Below, piece after piece: positions 1 through 8,728 of a stretch of 64,000 bases of DNA. A program made the position numbers and the translations under genes. Position 1 is the first letter of the stretch. Each line of letters opens with the position of its first letter. The stretch lies in the NCBI GenBank assembly GCA_963812015.1, contig CAWETI010000002.1:1613213-1677212 (forward strand). Direction: 5' to 3'. Under the pieces are notes generated by a model. It made no database searches and had not been told where the DNA came from. It was given only the letters and a program-made list of their open reading frames with translations. Source of the DNA: an uncultured delta proteobacterium (GTDB taxonomy: Bacteria > Desulfobacterota > Desulfobaccia > Desulfobaccales > 0-14-0-80-60-11).

Positions 1-1
1 C

Positions 2-106
2 GTAGGAAGCCTGCGACCCCAGGAGACATGCTACCAATTCAGTGCAGAAGGCGTTCGCGCTTTCGCAGCGTTTCTCCGTGACTGTGGAGGTTTTGAAATT
101 TACTGA
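2..106 (+). CDS. 3' end of phage-type hypothetical protein (partial)
   Basis: Frame 2 reads ...CYQFSAEGVRAFAAFLRDCGGFEIY*, a C-terminal motif I recall from phage hypothetical proteins. Confidence 0.5.
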   Translation, partial: VGSLRPQETCYQFSAEGVRAFAAFLRDCGGFEIY

Positions 107-129
107 TGCTACAAGGGAGGGGGAAAACA

Positions 130-231
130 ATGTCTGATGGTAATGTGTCTGACCTGTTCGAGAATTATACCCGGGAGGCAATAAAATTCCAGTTGGGAAT
201 GGGAGCCGAATATAGTCACTCTCAAAGTTGA
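130..231 (+). pseudogene. Short ORF resembling the N-terminus of the PC4-like gene
   Basis: GGGAGG RBS; MSDGNVSDLFENYTREAIKFQLG resembles MSEKPICEIQKNARESIQLRLG. Confidence 0.3.
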
Positions 232-298
232 AAATCAGGCGCACCTTTACCCGACAAGCCACCTTATTCGCGGCGTGGCGGCACTTTTATAAGGAGCA

Positions 299-568
299 AT
301 GGTTATGAGCGAGAAGCCTATTTGCGAGATTCAAAAGAATGCACGGGAGTCTATTCAACTTCGCTTGGGAACCTTTAAGAAACATCGGTTTGTAGATATG
401 CGGATTTTCATTAAAGAGGACGGCAAAGCCCCGGCCCCCACTCCAAAGGGCTTGGCGGTTTCTCCTGCCTTATGGCCCCAATTCAGGAGGGCTCTTGCCC
501 AAGTGGAAGCGAAAATGATTGAAGGAGGCTGGCTGGATAAAGAGGACCTGGAGGTGCAGGATGAATAA
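299..568 (+). CDS. PC4/p15 (YdbC-like) ssDNA-binding protein
   Basis: FKKHRFVDMRIF...PTPKGLAV PC4 signature; AAGGAG RBS. Confidence 0.8.
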   Translation: MVMSEKPICEIQKNARESIQLRLGTFKKHRFVDMRIFIKEDGKAPAPTPKGLAVSPALWPQFRRALAQVEAKMIEGGWLDKEDLEVQDE

Positions 569-1238
569 GACAGACATCGAGTGGACTGATTTTACATGGA
601 ACCCAGTGACCGGTTGCCTGCATGGGTGCCCCTACTGCTACGCCAGGGGCACGGCCAGGAGATTCTACACGCGGGAGATCGGCTTCTCCCCTCATTTCTG
701 GCCTGAACGGATAGACGAGCCGGGACGTCGGAGGAAGCCGGCTAAAATATTCGTGACCAGCATGGGTGATTTATTTGGTGATTGGGTTCCCGTCAACTGG
801 TGGCGGGCGGTGTTTGATGTGGTGAGTCAATGTCCCTATCACACCTTTCAATTCCTCACCAAGAACCCCAGACGGCTTAAGGAGTTGAACCCCTGGCCCG
901 ATAACTGCTGGGCAGAGGTCACAGCTACGGATCAGGAAATGTTTGATGTGGCGACCGGTCACCTTAAAGAGGTGGAAGTCGCAACCAGGTTCGTTTCGGC
1001 GGAGCCTCTCCTGGGTCCTATCAGGATGAAAGAAGCCCCCGGCCTTGACTGGCTCATCATTGGGGCTCAGACCGGCAGGAGGCCGATGCAACCCTTGAAT
1101 GCCTGGGTAGATGATCTGGTGGCCGACGCCCAGTGCTGGGGGATAAAGATTTTCTGCAAAGGTAACCTGGAGGGCTATCACATCAGGGAATGGCCGGCTG
1201 GCTTTTTGACACAAAGACCTGATGGGCGGTGGAGGTAG
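561..1238 (+). CDS. DUF5131 (phage Gp37/Gp68) radical-SAM-like protein
   Basis: TDIEWTDFTWNPVTGCxxxCxxCYA, IFVTSMGDLF, FQFLTKNP, FVSAEPLLG; start overlaps the PC4 stop. Confidence 0.9.
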   Translation: MNKTDIEWTDFTWNPVTGCLHGCPYCYARGTARRFYTREIGFSPHFWPERIDEPGRRRKPAKIFVTSMGDLFGDWVPVNWWRAVFDVVSQCPYHTFQFLTKNPRRLKELNPWPDNCWAEVTATDQEMFDVATGHLKEVEVATRFVSAEPLLGPIRMKEAPGLDWLIIGAQTGRRPMQPLNAWVDDLVADAQCWGIKIFCKGNLEGYHIREWPAGFLTQRPDGRWR

Positions 1239-1391
1239 AAATTGGTGGTTTCTTATGCGGTATGGGGGGCAGAATAGAGCCTTGTGCTCAAAGCCCGGAT
1301 CCGCCGGTTTCCAGGAAAAAGTATAAACCCTCCGGCTATTTCGAGCTACAGCAATGGGACATCACATTCAAGACCAACAAAGGAGATTACA

Positions 1392-1790
1392 ATGGACGAT
1401 TCAGGAAGATGCGAATGTTGTGGGCGACTTTCAAGTGAACTAACACCCTTCTGCAACGGCGCGTTGTTGGGCAAAACATACAGGGTAATGGGCCCGGATA
1501 ATGAAGAACGCGAGGCAATGTATGCATGTTTGGAAGAATTCCCCCATGGAGTCGTGACGGAAGAGGAGTTATGCGAAGCTATCGCTGGGCGCAATGAAAA
1601 ATACGGGAAAGAAAAAGTCTGGCGGATGATTGAAGCTGTCCAAACGCCAAGGACGGTTGGCGTCAGTTGGGAGTGCAGCGATTGCATAAGATTGGATGGA
1701 GACGAGTATCGGAAAAGGCGACGGAAGGGATATGAGGCTTATTTATGGAGAAAAACAGAGGAGGGGATTGAAATCCCGACGTCTCCATAA
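1392..1790 (+). CDS. Hypothetical protein with CxxC pairs (possible Zn ribbon)
   Basis: AGGAG RBS; CECC near N-terminus and CSDC near C-terminus. Confidence 0.6.
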   Translation: MDDSGRCECCGRLSSELTPFCNGALLGKTYRVMGPDNEEREAMYACLEEFPHGVVTEEELCEAIAGRNEKYGKEKVWRMIEAVQTPRTVGVSWECSDCIRLDGDEYRKRRRKGYEAYLWRKTEEGIEIPTSP

Positions 1791-1967
1791 AATTATCCCC
1801 GATTGGTTTTGAAGTGGCCGGGGGTCTGGGGGTAGCGCCAACTTACCCTGCCCTTGGAGACGTCAAACACGATCTCTTCTTACCCAAACGTTCGGCCTCA
1901 GGGGGCCCCCCGTGGCCTAAGCATATCTATGAAAGTTGAAGAACTCTGGCCCGGTGTATAAGCGGCC

Positions 1968-2017
1968 ATGGTTAAAGGTGGCTGGTTGGACCGGAGGACC
2001 TGCAGGCCCAGGGGGAT
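1968..2017 (+). pseudogene. Degenerate copy of the PC4 gene 3' end
   Basis: atggttaaaggtggctggttggaccg-gaggacctgcagg aligns with 514-560 atgattgaaggaggctggctggataaagaggacctggagg. Confidence 0.45.
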
Positions 2018-2030
2018 TGGAGTCGAGTTT

Positions 2031-2327
2031 ATGGGTAATACGAGATTATCTCCGCGAGCGATGAAATTTTTAGAACTCTATTTTGGTGGCGCTTTAATGA
2101 AGGACGCCGCCCGTGCCGCGGGTTATAAGGGGGCAAGCAACCAGGCACTTTGCAACAGCGCGAGGAGAATCCTGAGCAAATTCAGCAAGACCCCCTGGGC
2201 CACTTTCCGCCGAGCTGAGGCACGCAAGAGGAAGATTGCCCAACTACTTACAGATTTTGATGGCAGATCCGAGCTTCAACAATTAAAAGCACTGAAGATC
2301 TTGTCGAGGTGCATAAGAGGAGGTTAA
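2031..2327 (+). CDS. Terminase small subunit-like HTH protein
   Basis: LSPRAMKFLELY...DAARAAGYKG...SARRIL matches the TerS N-terminal pattern (L.PKQ..F..EY...AAI.AGYS). Confidence 0.5.
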   Translation: MGNTRLSPRAMKFLELYFGGALMKDAARAAGYKGASNQALCNSARRILSKFSKTPWATFRRAEARKRKIAQLLTDFDGRSELQQLKALKILSRCIRGG

Positions 2328-2330
2328 CCC

Positions 2331-2633
2331 ATGGGCCGGGGACTATCACCTGTTCAGCGCCGGATTTTGGCCTTTGTTGGGCGGGAAAAGTTTGTCATGT
2401 GCCAAGACCTTTTAACGCTGTGGGAAGTCCAACCTGGCGCTGGTGATGATAAAGCCAAGTACGCCGCGGCTCATGCCGCCTTGTCTCGGGCCTTAACCCG
2501 TTTGTTTTGGAGGGGGCTGATCAAATATTGGGTAAATAAATTTAGCCGTTATCGAACGGCAGTCACCTTGACCGATAAGGGGAAGGGGCTGGCCCAGGCC
2601 ATTTTCACGGAAGATCAAAAGGCGCAGTATTAA
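2331..2633 (+). CDS. Hypothetical winged-helix DNA-binding protein
   Basis: GAGG RBS; LSRALTRLFWRGLI...VTLTDKGK wHTH-like pattern. Confidence 0.5.
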   Translation: MGRGLSPVQRRILAFVGREKFVMCQDLLTLWEVQPGAGDDKAKYAAAHAALSRALTRLFWRGLIKYWVNKFSRYRTAVTLTDKGKGLAQAIFTEDQKAQY

Positions 2634-3155
2634 GGGTTAAGAGGGCTTGAATTGCCAGAAATGTTCATAGAATAATTCCGACTGGAAACATAATAACCAT
2701 ATTTATTTAATATTAAAAGTAAGTTAAGCGCTTTCAGCAAAGAAACCTTGAGAATTTTTTTGGCAATCTTCCACGTGCCATTCATCCTTTTCCCGCATTT
2801 TCCCACATCCCCACTCCTATGCATGAATTTCCTGAAAGGTATTGTTATTTAAGGATATAATCCATGATCCGATACATTCTTGTCTGCGTCTGCATATGAG
2901 TTTTAGGTTAATCAATTCTGGTCATTTCACCGTTTCCGGCAAGCGACCTCTCAAAAATCCTTCAGGCCATGCAATTTGTCGCCCTAAACTCTCCAAAAAA
3001 GTCTTAACCATTTCTTCTTCATCGTGGCATAATGCCCATGGGTGAGGCCCGATGAATCCTTTGGAAACCTGCCCCAAGGAACTTACCGAGATCTGCGCCT
3101 CCGGAGCCGGTGGAAAAGGCTTGGGTCTGAAATCCCAAGAAGGTAGGAGTCAGGA

Positions 3156-4526
3156 ATGAGTTTGTTAAACGAGCATCAAAGGCAGAGAGCATTAGAAGTA
3201 ATGCGGGAATTCCTATCGGCACCTGCCGGGGCAGACGGACAGACCCCGGTTCAGGCTGGAGATGCATGCGACCATGAACGGATTCGACTTATTGAACAAG
3301 AAATAAATCCGCTCCTTTCCGGCTACCTTGAAGGGACAATTCCCTTGGCCGATTTCAAGTCTAAAGTGGACAGCATAAACAAGCGTAATAGTGGCCTATG
3401 GGGTTTCAAGGGCATCAAGGGCCAGATGTTCTTCAACATGGTGGTCAATGTGACCGACAATCCCGGGGAATGCGATCAGGAACTCAAGGCGGCAATAGCA
3501 GTTCCGTCCAGCGACCAGATAGGCGCAAGTCGCTTGAAAACCTTTACCAGCTATGTAAAGCGCCTGGGAGAACAGTGGGTAGAGGCTGGCCACACCGGGC
3601 ACGGCATGCCCAAAGTGGGGAGCATTCCGTTCTTTGTCTCATATTTCTGGCAGATTCAGGAACGGGAGACTTGGCCTGTTTATTACACCAACAGCGTGCA
3701 GATGATGACCGACCTCAATCTCTGGCAACCTTCGGGCGAACTGGCCGAGGATTACATAAACTTCAAGCATCTCCACGAAGAGCTTGCCGATCTCTTTACG
3801 CGAGAGAGCGGCCAGAGATTCGACCTCTACCGGGTGGAACATGTCTTCTGGCACCGCGGCGGCAACCCGTATGCCGGTGGCCCCAGACCACCAGTTGGCC
3901 CAACACCTCCACCAATTCCCCTGGTCGGCGTGGATGTCCTGCCCGAAAGCTACGTGCCGCCCATCATCGCCATCCTTCCTCGCGTGGCCTTGAATGAACC
4001 TACCATGATTGAAACAGCCCGAAATTCTGGAACTTCCCTGGAACGCGCCTTCGAGAAATACATCAATTCGGCTTTTACTATATTGGGCTACAAAGCAGAA
4101 CTCCTTGGAATGGGGAGGGGGCGGGTGCCGGATGGCTTAGCTCTGGCCCACGATGAGAACTATGCTATTCTTTGGGACGCTAAGATTAGGGCAAACGGAT
4201 ACAGCATGGGAACCGACGACCGTACCATACGTGAGTATATTACTACCCAAAGCCGGGAATTGAAGCGTCGACGTTTCATGAGAAACATCTATTACCTTAT
4301 CATTTCCAGCGCCTTCACGGATGATTACGATGATGCCATCCGCTCCATCAAAATGGAGACCGACGTGAACGAAGTTATCCTCATGGAAGTCGACGCCCTG
4401 GTGGCTATGGTGGATGCAAAACTTAGAGCGCCTTTGGATGTAACTTTAGGTCCCGACGGCTTGCAGCGCCTGTATTCACAAAGCGGCATCCTCACCTCCG
4501 ACACGGTGCGGGAGCTTTTGATATAG
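3156..4526 (+). CDS. Putative restriction endonuclease with C-terminal FokI-like cleavage domain
   Basis: IETARNS..FEK..GYKAELLG..RVPDG..YAILWDAK..GYS aligns by eye with the FokI nuclease domain; Pro-rich linker precedes it. Confidence 0.75.
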   Translation: MSLLNEHQRQRALEVMREFLSAPAGADGQTPVQAGDACDHERIRLIEQEINPLLSGYLEGTIPLADFKSKVDSINKRNSGLWGFKGIKGQMFFNMVVNVTDNPGECDQELKAAIAVPSSDQIGASRLKTFTSYVKRLGEQWVEAGHTGHGMPKVGSIPFFVSYFWQIQERETWPVYYTNSVQMMTDLNLWQPSGELAEDYINFKHLHEELADLFTRESGQRFDLYRVEHVFWHRGGNPYAGGPRPPVGPTPPPIPLVGVDVLPESYVPPIIAILPRVALNEPTMIETARNSGTSLERAFEKYINSAFTILGYKAELLGMGRGRVPDGLALAHDENYAILWDAKIRANGYSMGTDDRTIREYITTQSRELKRRRFMRNIYYLIISSAFTDDYDDAIRSIKMETDVNEVILMEVDALVAMVDAKLRAPLDVTLGPDGLQRLYSQSGILTSDTVRELLI

Positions 4527-4536
4527 AGGTAGCATC

Positions 4537-7500
4537 GTGACAACGACATTATCCACATCTGTTGAAATCCAGCTTACGACCTATGCCCAAGAAGTAACGG
4601 CCAAGTTTGCCCTCCCCATAGATTTTAACCCTGAGGACCAGCTTAAAACTCCTACCGATACTCTCTTCAAAGGTATCGGTGCTGCGCTGGATCTTGAAGT
4701 CAAGGTGGTGACGGAGGTGCAGACCGATCAACTCGGCCGCCCCGACATGGGTATCGCCGTCAAAGGACTTCTGGCAGGTCACGTGGAGTTAAAAGCACCC
4801 GGCAAAGGCGCTGACCCTGATAAGTTAAAGGGAGATGACAAGAGGCAATGGGAGCGGTTCAAGAACCTTCCTAACCTGATCTACACCGACGGCAATGAGT
4901 GGGCCTTATACCGCAGTGGCGAGAGGGTAGGCAAAATTGTAAGGCTCTCCGGCGATGTAACCTCCGAAGGCCATGCGGCTATCGGCCTGGGCGACGCAGA
5001 GGCCATCATTGAGATGATGCAAGACTTTCTCCGCTGGGAGCCTATTGTCCCTGCGTCGCCTACAGCGCTGGCCAAGATGCTGGCCCCCCTCTGCCACCTG
5101 CTGCGCGCCGATGTTCTGACCGCCCTCCAAAATCGGGAGTCAAATCTTTCTCTCCTGGCCGCGGATTGGCGCAAGTACCTCTTTCCTGACGCCGACGACT
5201 TTCAATTCGCCGACGCCTATGCCCAGACGCTCACCTACGCATTGCTCCTGGCTCGCCTCTCCGGCCCGGGCGAGGGCCTCTCCATCACCCAAGCCGCGGC
5301 CGCGATCCGTACCGGCCATCGCCTGTTGGCCGACGCCCTCGGCATCCTGGGCGACCCCAAGGCCCGGGAAGAAATTGAGACCCCGGTGTCGGTGCTGGAA
5401 CGGGTTATCGGCGCGGTAGACCCCGTGGCTCTCACCCGCAAGGCCAAAGGCGACCCCTGGCTCTATTTCTATGAGGACTTCCTGGCCGCGTATGACCCGA
5501 AAATGCGCAAGGACCGGGGAGTGTACTACACCCCGGTGGAGGTGGTCCAGGCCCAGGTGCGCCTGGTGGCCCAGTTGCTGGAGGGGCGCTTTGACGCCGA
5601 CTTTTCCTTTGTGAACGAGAAGGTCATCACCCTGGACCCCGGCGCCGGCACCGGCACTTATATCCTCGCCGCCCTGCAACATGGCCTGCACCAGGTTGAG
5701 CAGGAAAAAGGCCCCGGCATGCGAGCTGTTTTTGCCGGCCAGGCCGCCAAAAATCTCCACGCCTTCGAGCTCTTGGTGGGCCCCTATGCCGTGGCCCATC
5801 TGCGGCTCACCCAGCAAATCCTGGCCGAGGGGGGCCAGATGCCGGCGGACGGCGTCCACGTCTATCTCACGGACACTCTGGAATCCCCCCACCAGCCGCC
5901 GCCCGCGTATCCGATGCTCTATAAGGAATTGGGAGAGGAATACAAACGGGCCCAGCGGGTCAAGGCCGACGTTCCGGTTCTGGTCGTTCTTGGCAATCCG
6001 CCCTACGACCGCCAGCAGATCGAGGCGGCGGAGGCGGGGATGGTGCGGCGCAAGGGCGGCTGGGTGCGCTACGGCGAAGGCGGGAAAGAAGGCGAGAGCA
6101 TTTTCAAGAGCTTCCTCAAACCCTTGGAGGCCCTTGGCTGGGGGGTGCACGCCAAGAACCTTTACAATGATTACGTCTATTTCTGGCGCTGGGCCTTGTG
6201 GAAGGTCTTTGAGAATAAGGGCGGCCCCGGAATCGTCAGCTTCATCACCGCCTCCTCCTACCTCCGGGGGCCAGGCTTCGCCGGTATGCGCCGGGTGATG
6301 CGGGAGACCTTTGACGAATTATGGATCATAGACCTCGAGGGCGGCCAGGGGGCGCGGCAAAGCGAAAACGTCTTCGCCATCCAGACCCCCGTTGCCATCG
6401 CCGTGGGTGTGCGCTATGGCGAGCCCCAGCCGGAAACCCCGGCTGCGGTGTACTACACCCGCCTCAGTGGCACGGAGAAGGAAAAGCTCAAGACCTTGGA
6501 GCAGGTGACTTGCTTTGCAGACCTGCCCTGGCGGCCTTGCCTTTCCGGCTGGATCGACCTTTTCCTGCCCACCAGCGACAAGCCCTACTGGAATTGGCCG
6601 ATACTGACCGACCTCTTTCCCTGGCAGGAAAACGGCGTTCAGTTCAAGCGCAACTGGCCTATTGGCGAGACTCCAGAAGTTCTACGAGGGCGCTGGAACG
6701 CGTTTTTAAAAGAACCTCCCGAAAAGAGAGGTGTATTATTGCGCGAAACCGGGGCCCGCAACACTGCGAAAGCCTTTACTGACCCCATGACGGGAAAGCA
6801 ATTATCCTCGTTGAGCAAACTGAAACTTGGAGACCCTGTGGTGGAGCCGGTTCGATACGCCTACCGAAGTTTTGACAGGCATTGGGCTTTGCTGGACATT
6901 CGCCTCTGCGACCGCCCCAGACCGAACCTGTTGAAAGCTCACAGCAACCACCAGGTCTACCTTACCAGCCTACTCACCGAGGTTTTGGGCGACGGGCCGG
7001 CAGCTGTAGCAACAGCACATATACCGGATTTGCACCATTTTCGAGGTTCATTCGGCGGCGCCCATGTCATTCCCCTCTGGCGGGACGCTGGGGCCACGGA
7101 GCCCAATCTCACCGCCGGAGTGCCGGAGGCCATGGCCCAGGCTTACGGCCGGGCCGTCTCGGCGGAAGACCTTTTCGCTTATTGCTATGCAGTCCTGGCT
7201 TCGCCGGACTACATGCGCCGCTTCTGGGACGAACTGACCATCCCCGGCCCTCGCCTCCCCCTTACCCGGGACGCGGCCTTGTTCGCCCGCACCGCTGACC
7301 TGGGCCGCCGCTTGCTGTGGCTGCACACCTATGGCGACCGCTTCGTGCCACCGGGACACAAGCCCGGCAGAATTTCTCCGGGAACAGCGAAGTGCCTGAA
7401 AGGGACTCCAGCCGTCCCTGAGAAGTATCCCGAATACTCTTCCTATGATCTGGCCGGGCAGCAGTTGCATGTGGGGGAGGGTGTTTTTGGCCCGGTGAGC

Positions 7501-7824
7501 CAAGAGGTGTGGAAATTCAGCCTCTCCGGCTTCCAGGTGGTCCAGCATTGGTTGGCTTCCCGGATGAGAAAAGGGGCTGGCAAAAAGTCTTCTCCCCTGG
7601 ATAAGATTCGGCCTGCTGCCTGGCACTTCGACGAGGAACTGCTGGACCTATTGTGGGTATTGGAACACACCGTGGACCTGTGGCCCTCTTTGGCCCAAAT
7701 CCTCAATGACATTTTAGCCAGCGATCTGTTCACCGCCCAAGAATTCCCCGGGCCCAAGCCCGAAGAACGGGCGGCCAAAGGACATCTGCCGCTCCTGAGC
7801 GCCATTGCTTCAGATGAAACCTAA
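4537..7824 (+). CDS. Type IIG / Type ISP-family fused restriction endonuclease-N6-adenine methyltransferase (no helicase domain)
   Basis: N-terminal PD..ELK nuclease motif; GVYYTP, DPGAGTGTY (motif I), GNPPY (motif IV); C-terminal YAYRSFD specificity region. Confidence 0.9.
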   Translation: MTTTLSTSVEIQLTTYAQEVTAKFALPIDFNPEDQLKTPTDTLFKGIGAALDLEVKVVTEVQTDQLGRPDMGIAVKGLLAGHVELKAPGKGADPDKLKGDDKRQWERFKNLPNLIYTDGNEWALYRSGERVGKIVRLSGDVTSEGHAAIGLGDAEAIIEMMQDFLRWEPIVPASPTALAKMLAPLCHLLRADVLTALQNRESNLSLLAADWRKYLFPDADDFQFADAYAQTLTYALLLARLSGPGEGLSITQAAAAIRTGHRLLADALGILGDPKAREEIETPVSVLERVIGAVDPVALTRKAKGDPWLYFYEDFLAAYDPKMRKDRGVYYTPVEVVQAQVRLVAQLLEGRFDADFSFVNEKVITLDPGAGTGTYILAALQHGLHQVEQEKGPGMRAVFAGQAAKNLHAFELLVGPYAVAHLRLTQQILAEGGQMPADGVHVYLTDTLESPHQPPPAYPMLYKELGEEYKRAQRVKADVPVLVVLGNPPYDRQQIEAAEAGMVRRKGGWVRYGEGGKEGESIFKSFLKPLEALGWGVHAKNLYNDYVYFWRWALWKVFENKGGPGIVSFITASSYLRGPGFAGMRRVMRETFDELWIIDLEGGQGARQSENVFAIQTPVAIAVGVRYGEPQPETPAAVYYTRLSGTEKEKLKTLEQVTCFADLPWRPCLSGWIDLFLPTSDKPYWNWPILTDLFPWQENGVQFKRNWPIGETPEVLRGRWNAFLKEPPEKRGVLLRETGARNTAKAFTDPMTGKQLSSLSKLKLGDPVVEPVRYAYRSFDRHWALLDIRLCDRPRPNLLKAHSNHQVYLTSLLTEVLGDGPAAVATAHIPDLHHFRGSFGGAHVIPLWRDAGATEPNLTAGVPEAMAQAYGRAVSAEDLFAYCYAVLASPDYMRRFWDELTIPGPRLPLTRDAALFARTADLGRRLLWLHTYGDRFVPPGHKPGRISPGTAKCLKGTPAVPEKYPEYSSYDLAGQQLHVGEGVFGPVSQEVWKFSLSGFQVVQHWLASRMRKGAGKKSSPLDKIRPAAWHFDEELLDLLWVLEHTVDLWPSLAQILNDILASDLFTAQEFPGPKPEERAAKGHLPLLSAIASDET

Positions 7825-8068
7825 GTACATGAGAATGATGGATGGCAACAGGCTCATAAACGAGTCGGCCTACTGGCAGAACATCCCGGCCAGGGTGTGG
7901 GGCTACTGCATCGGCGGCTATCAAGTGATCAAAAAGTGGCTCAGCTACCGGGAACGCAATCTCCTGGGCCAGCCCCTTATCCGTGAAGAAGCCCGGGAAT
8001 TCACAGGCATGGGGCGGCGCTTGGCTGCCATTGTCCTGATAGAGCTGGCCTTGAATATAAGCTACTGA
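7805..8068 (+). pseudogene. Orphan C-terminal fragment of a Type ISP-family R-M enzyme
   Basis: YWQNIPARVWGYCIGGYQVIKKWLSYRE parallels FGPVSQEVWKFSLSGFQVVQHWLASR in the upstream gene. Confidence 0.7.
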
Positions 8069-8407
8069 TGATTAAGGAATCGGGCTCTCAATGGTCAAAC
8101 TTCAAGAAAGAATGATTATTGCCGATCTATATGAATCAGATGGCGCGGTTCTTTTCCAACCATAGTGTCATCAGAAAAAAAATGGAAAAAAACATAAATT
8201 CGTGATATTAAGAATTCCTTAAGGGGAAATATAGGCAAAAATGCCTATTGAAAAACCAATCTTAAGTCCATAATTATTTATCAAGATCCCTTGAGAAGGG
8301 GCGAAGAGGGACCTCTGCCTGGCGTGCAGAATTGAACCTCGCATTTTGACTCTTCGTGTTGCAGGGAACCTCAAAGAGTCTCCACAAAAATGAAAGGGGC
8401 GGCGAGG

Positions 8408-8635
8408 ATGGCGAGAGTGAGAGAATCGCGTGTTTACGAACTTGAGGTGAAAGGAAGAGGGATTGTCCCTGAGTCAAATCACTTAACCCAGATGATCAAA
8501 GAGATTGAGTCCGATCGGTTCATGGCCTGGGGTAAGGATTTTTTCCACAAACGAACTTTCTTTAAAAAGTATCTTACTGGCGTCGACAAATACAGTCTCA
8601 CGGCCACAGACCCGTGGGCGCTCACCAAAGGCTGA
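8408..8635 (+). CDS. Small hypothetical protein (75 aa; alternative start 8390)
   Basis: Open frame with upstream purine-rich RBS, followed by a terminator-like hairpin. Confidence 0.5.
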   Translation: MARVRESRVYELEVKGRGIVPESNHLTQMIKEIESDRFMAWGKDFFHKRTFFKKYLTGVDKYSLTATDPWALTKG

Positions 8636-8678
8636 ATAAGTTTTTGCGACCTGCTATCGTATCTCCCTAATTCCAGGG

Positions 8679-8715
8679 AAAAAGAACAGGAACCATGGGG
8701 TTCCTTTTCTTTTTT
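8679..8715 (+). terminator. Intrinsic terminator-like hairpin
   Basis: AGGAACC-atgg-GGTTCCT stem with flanking A- and T-tracts. Confidence 0.6.
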
Positions 8716-8728
8716 AGGGTGCTAAAGA

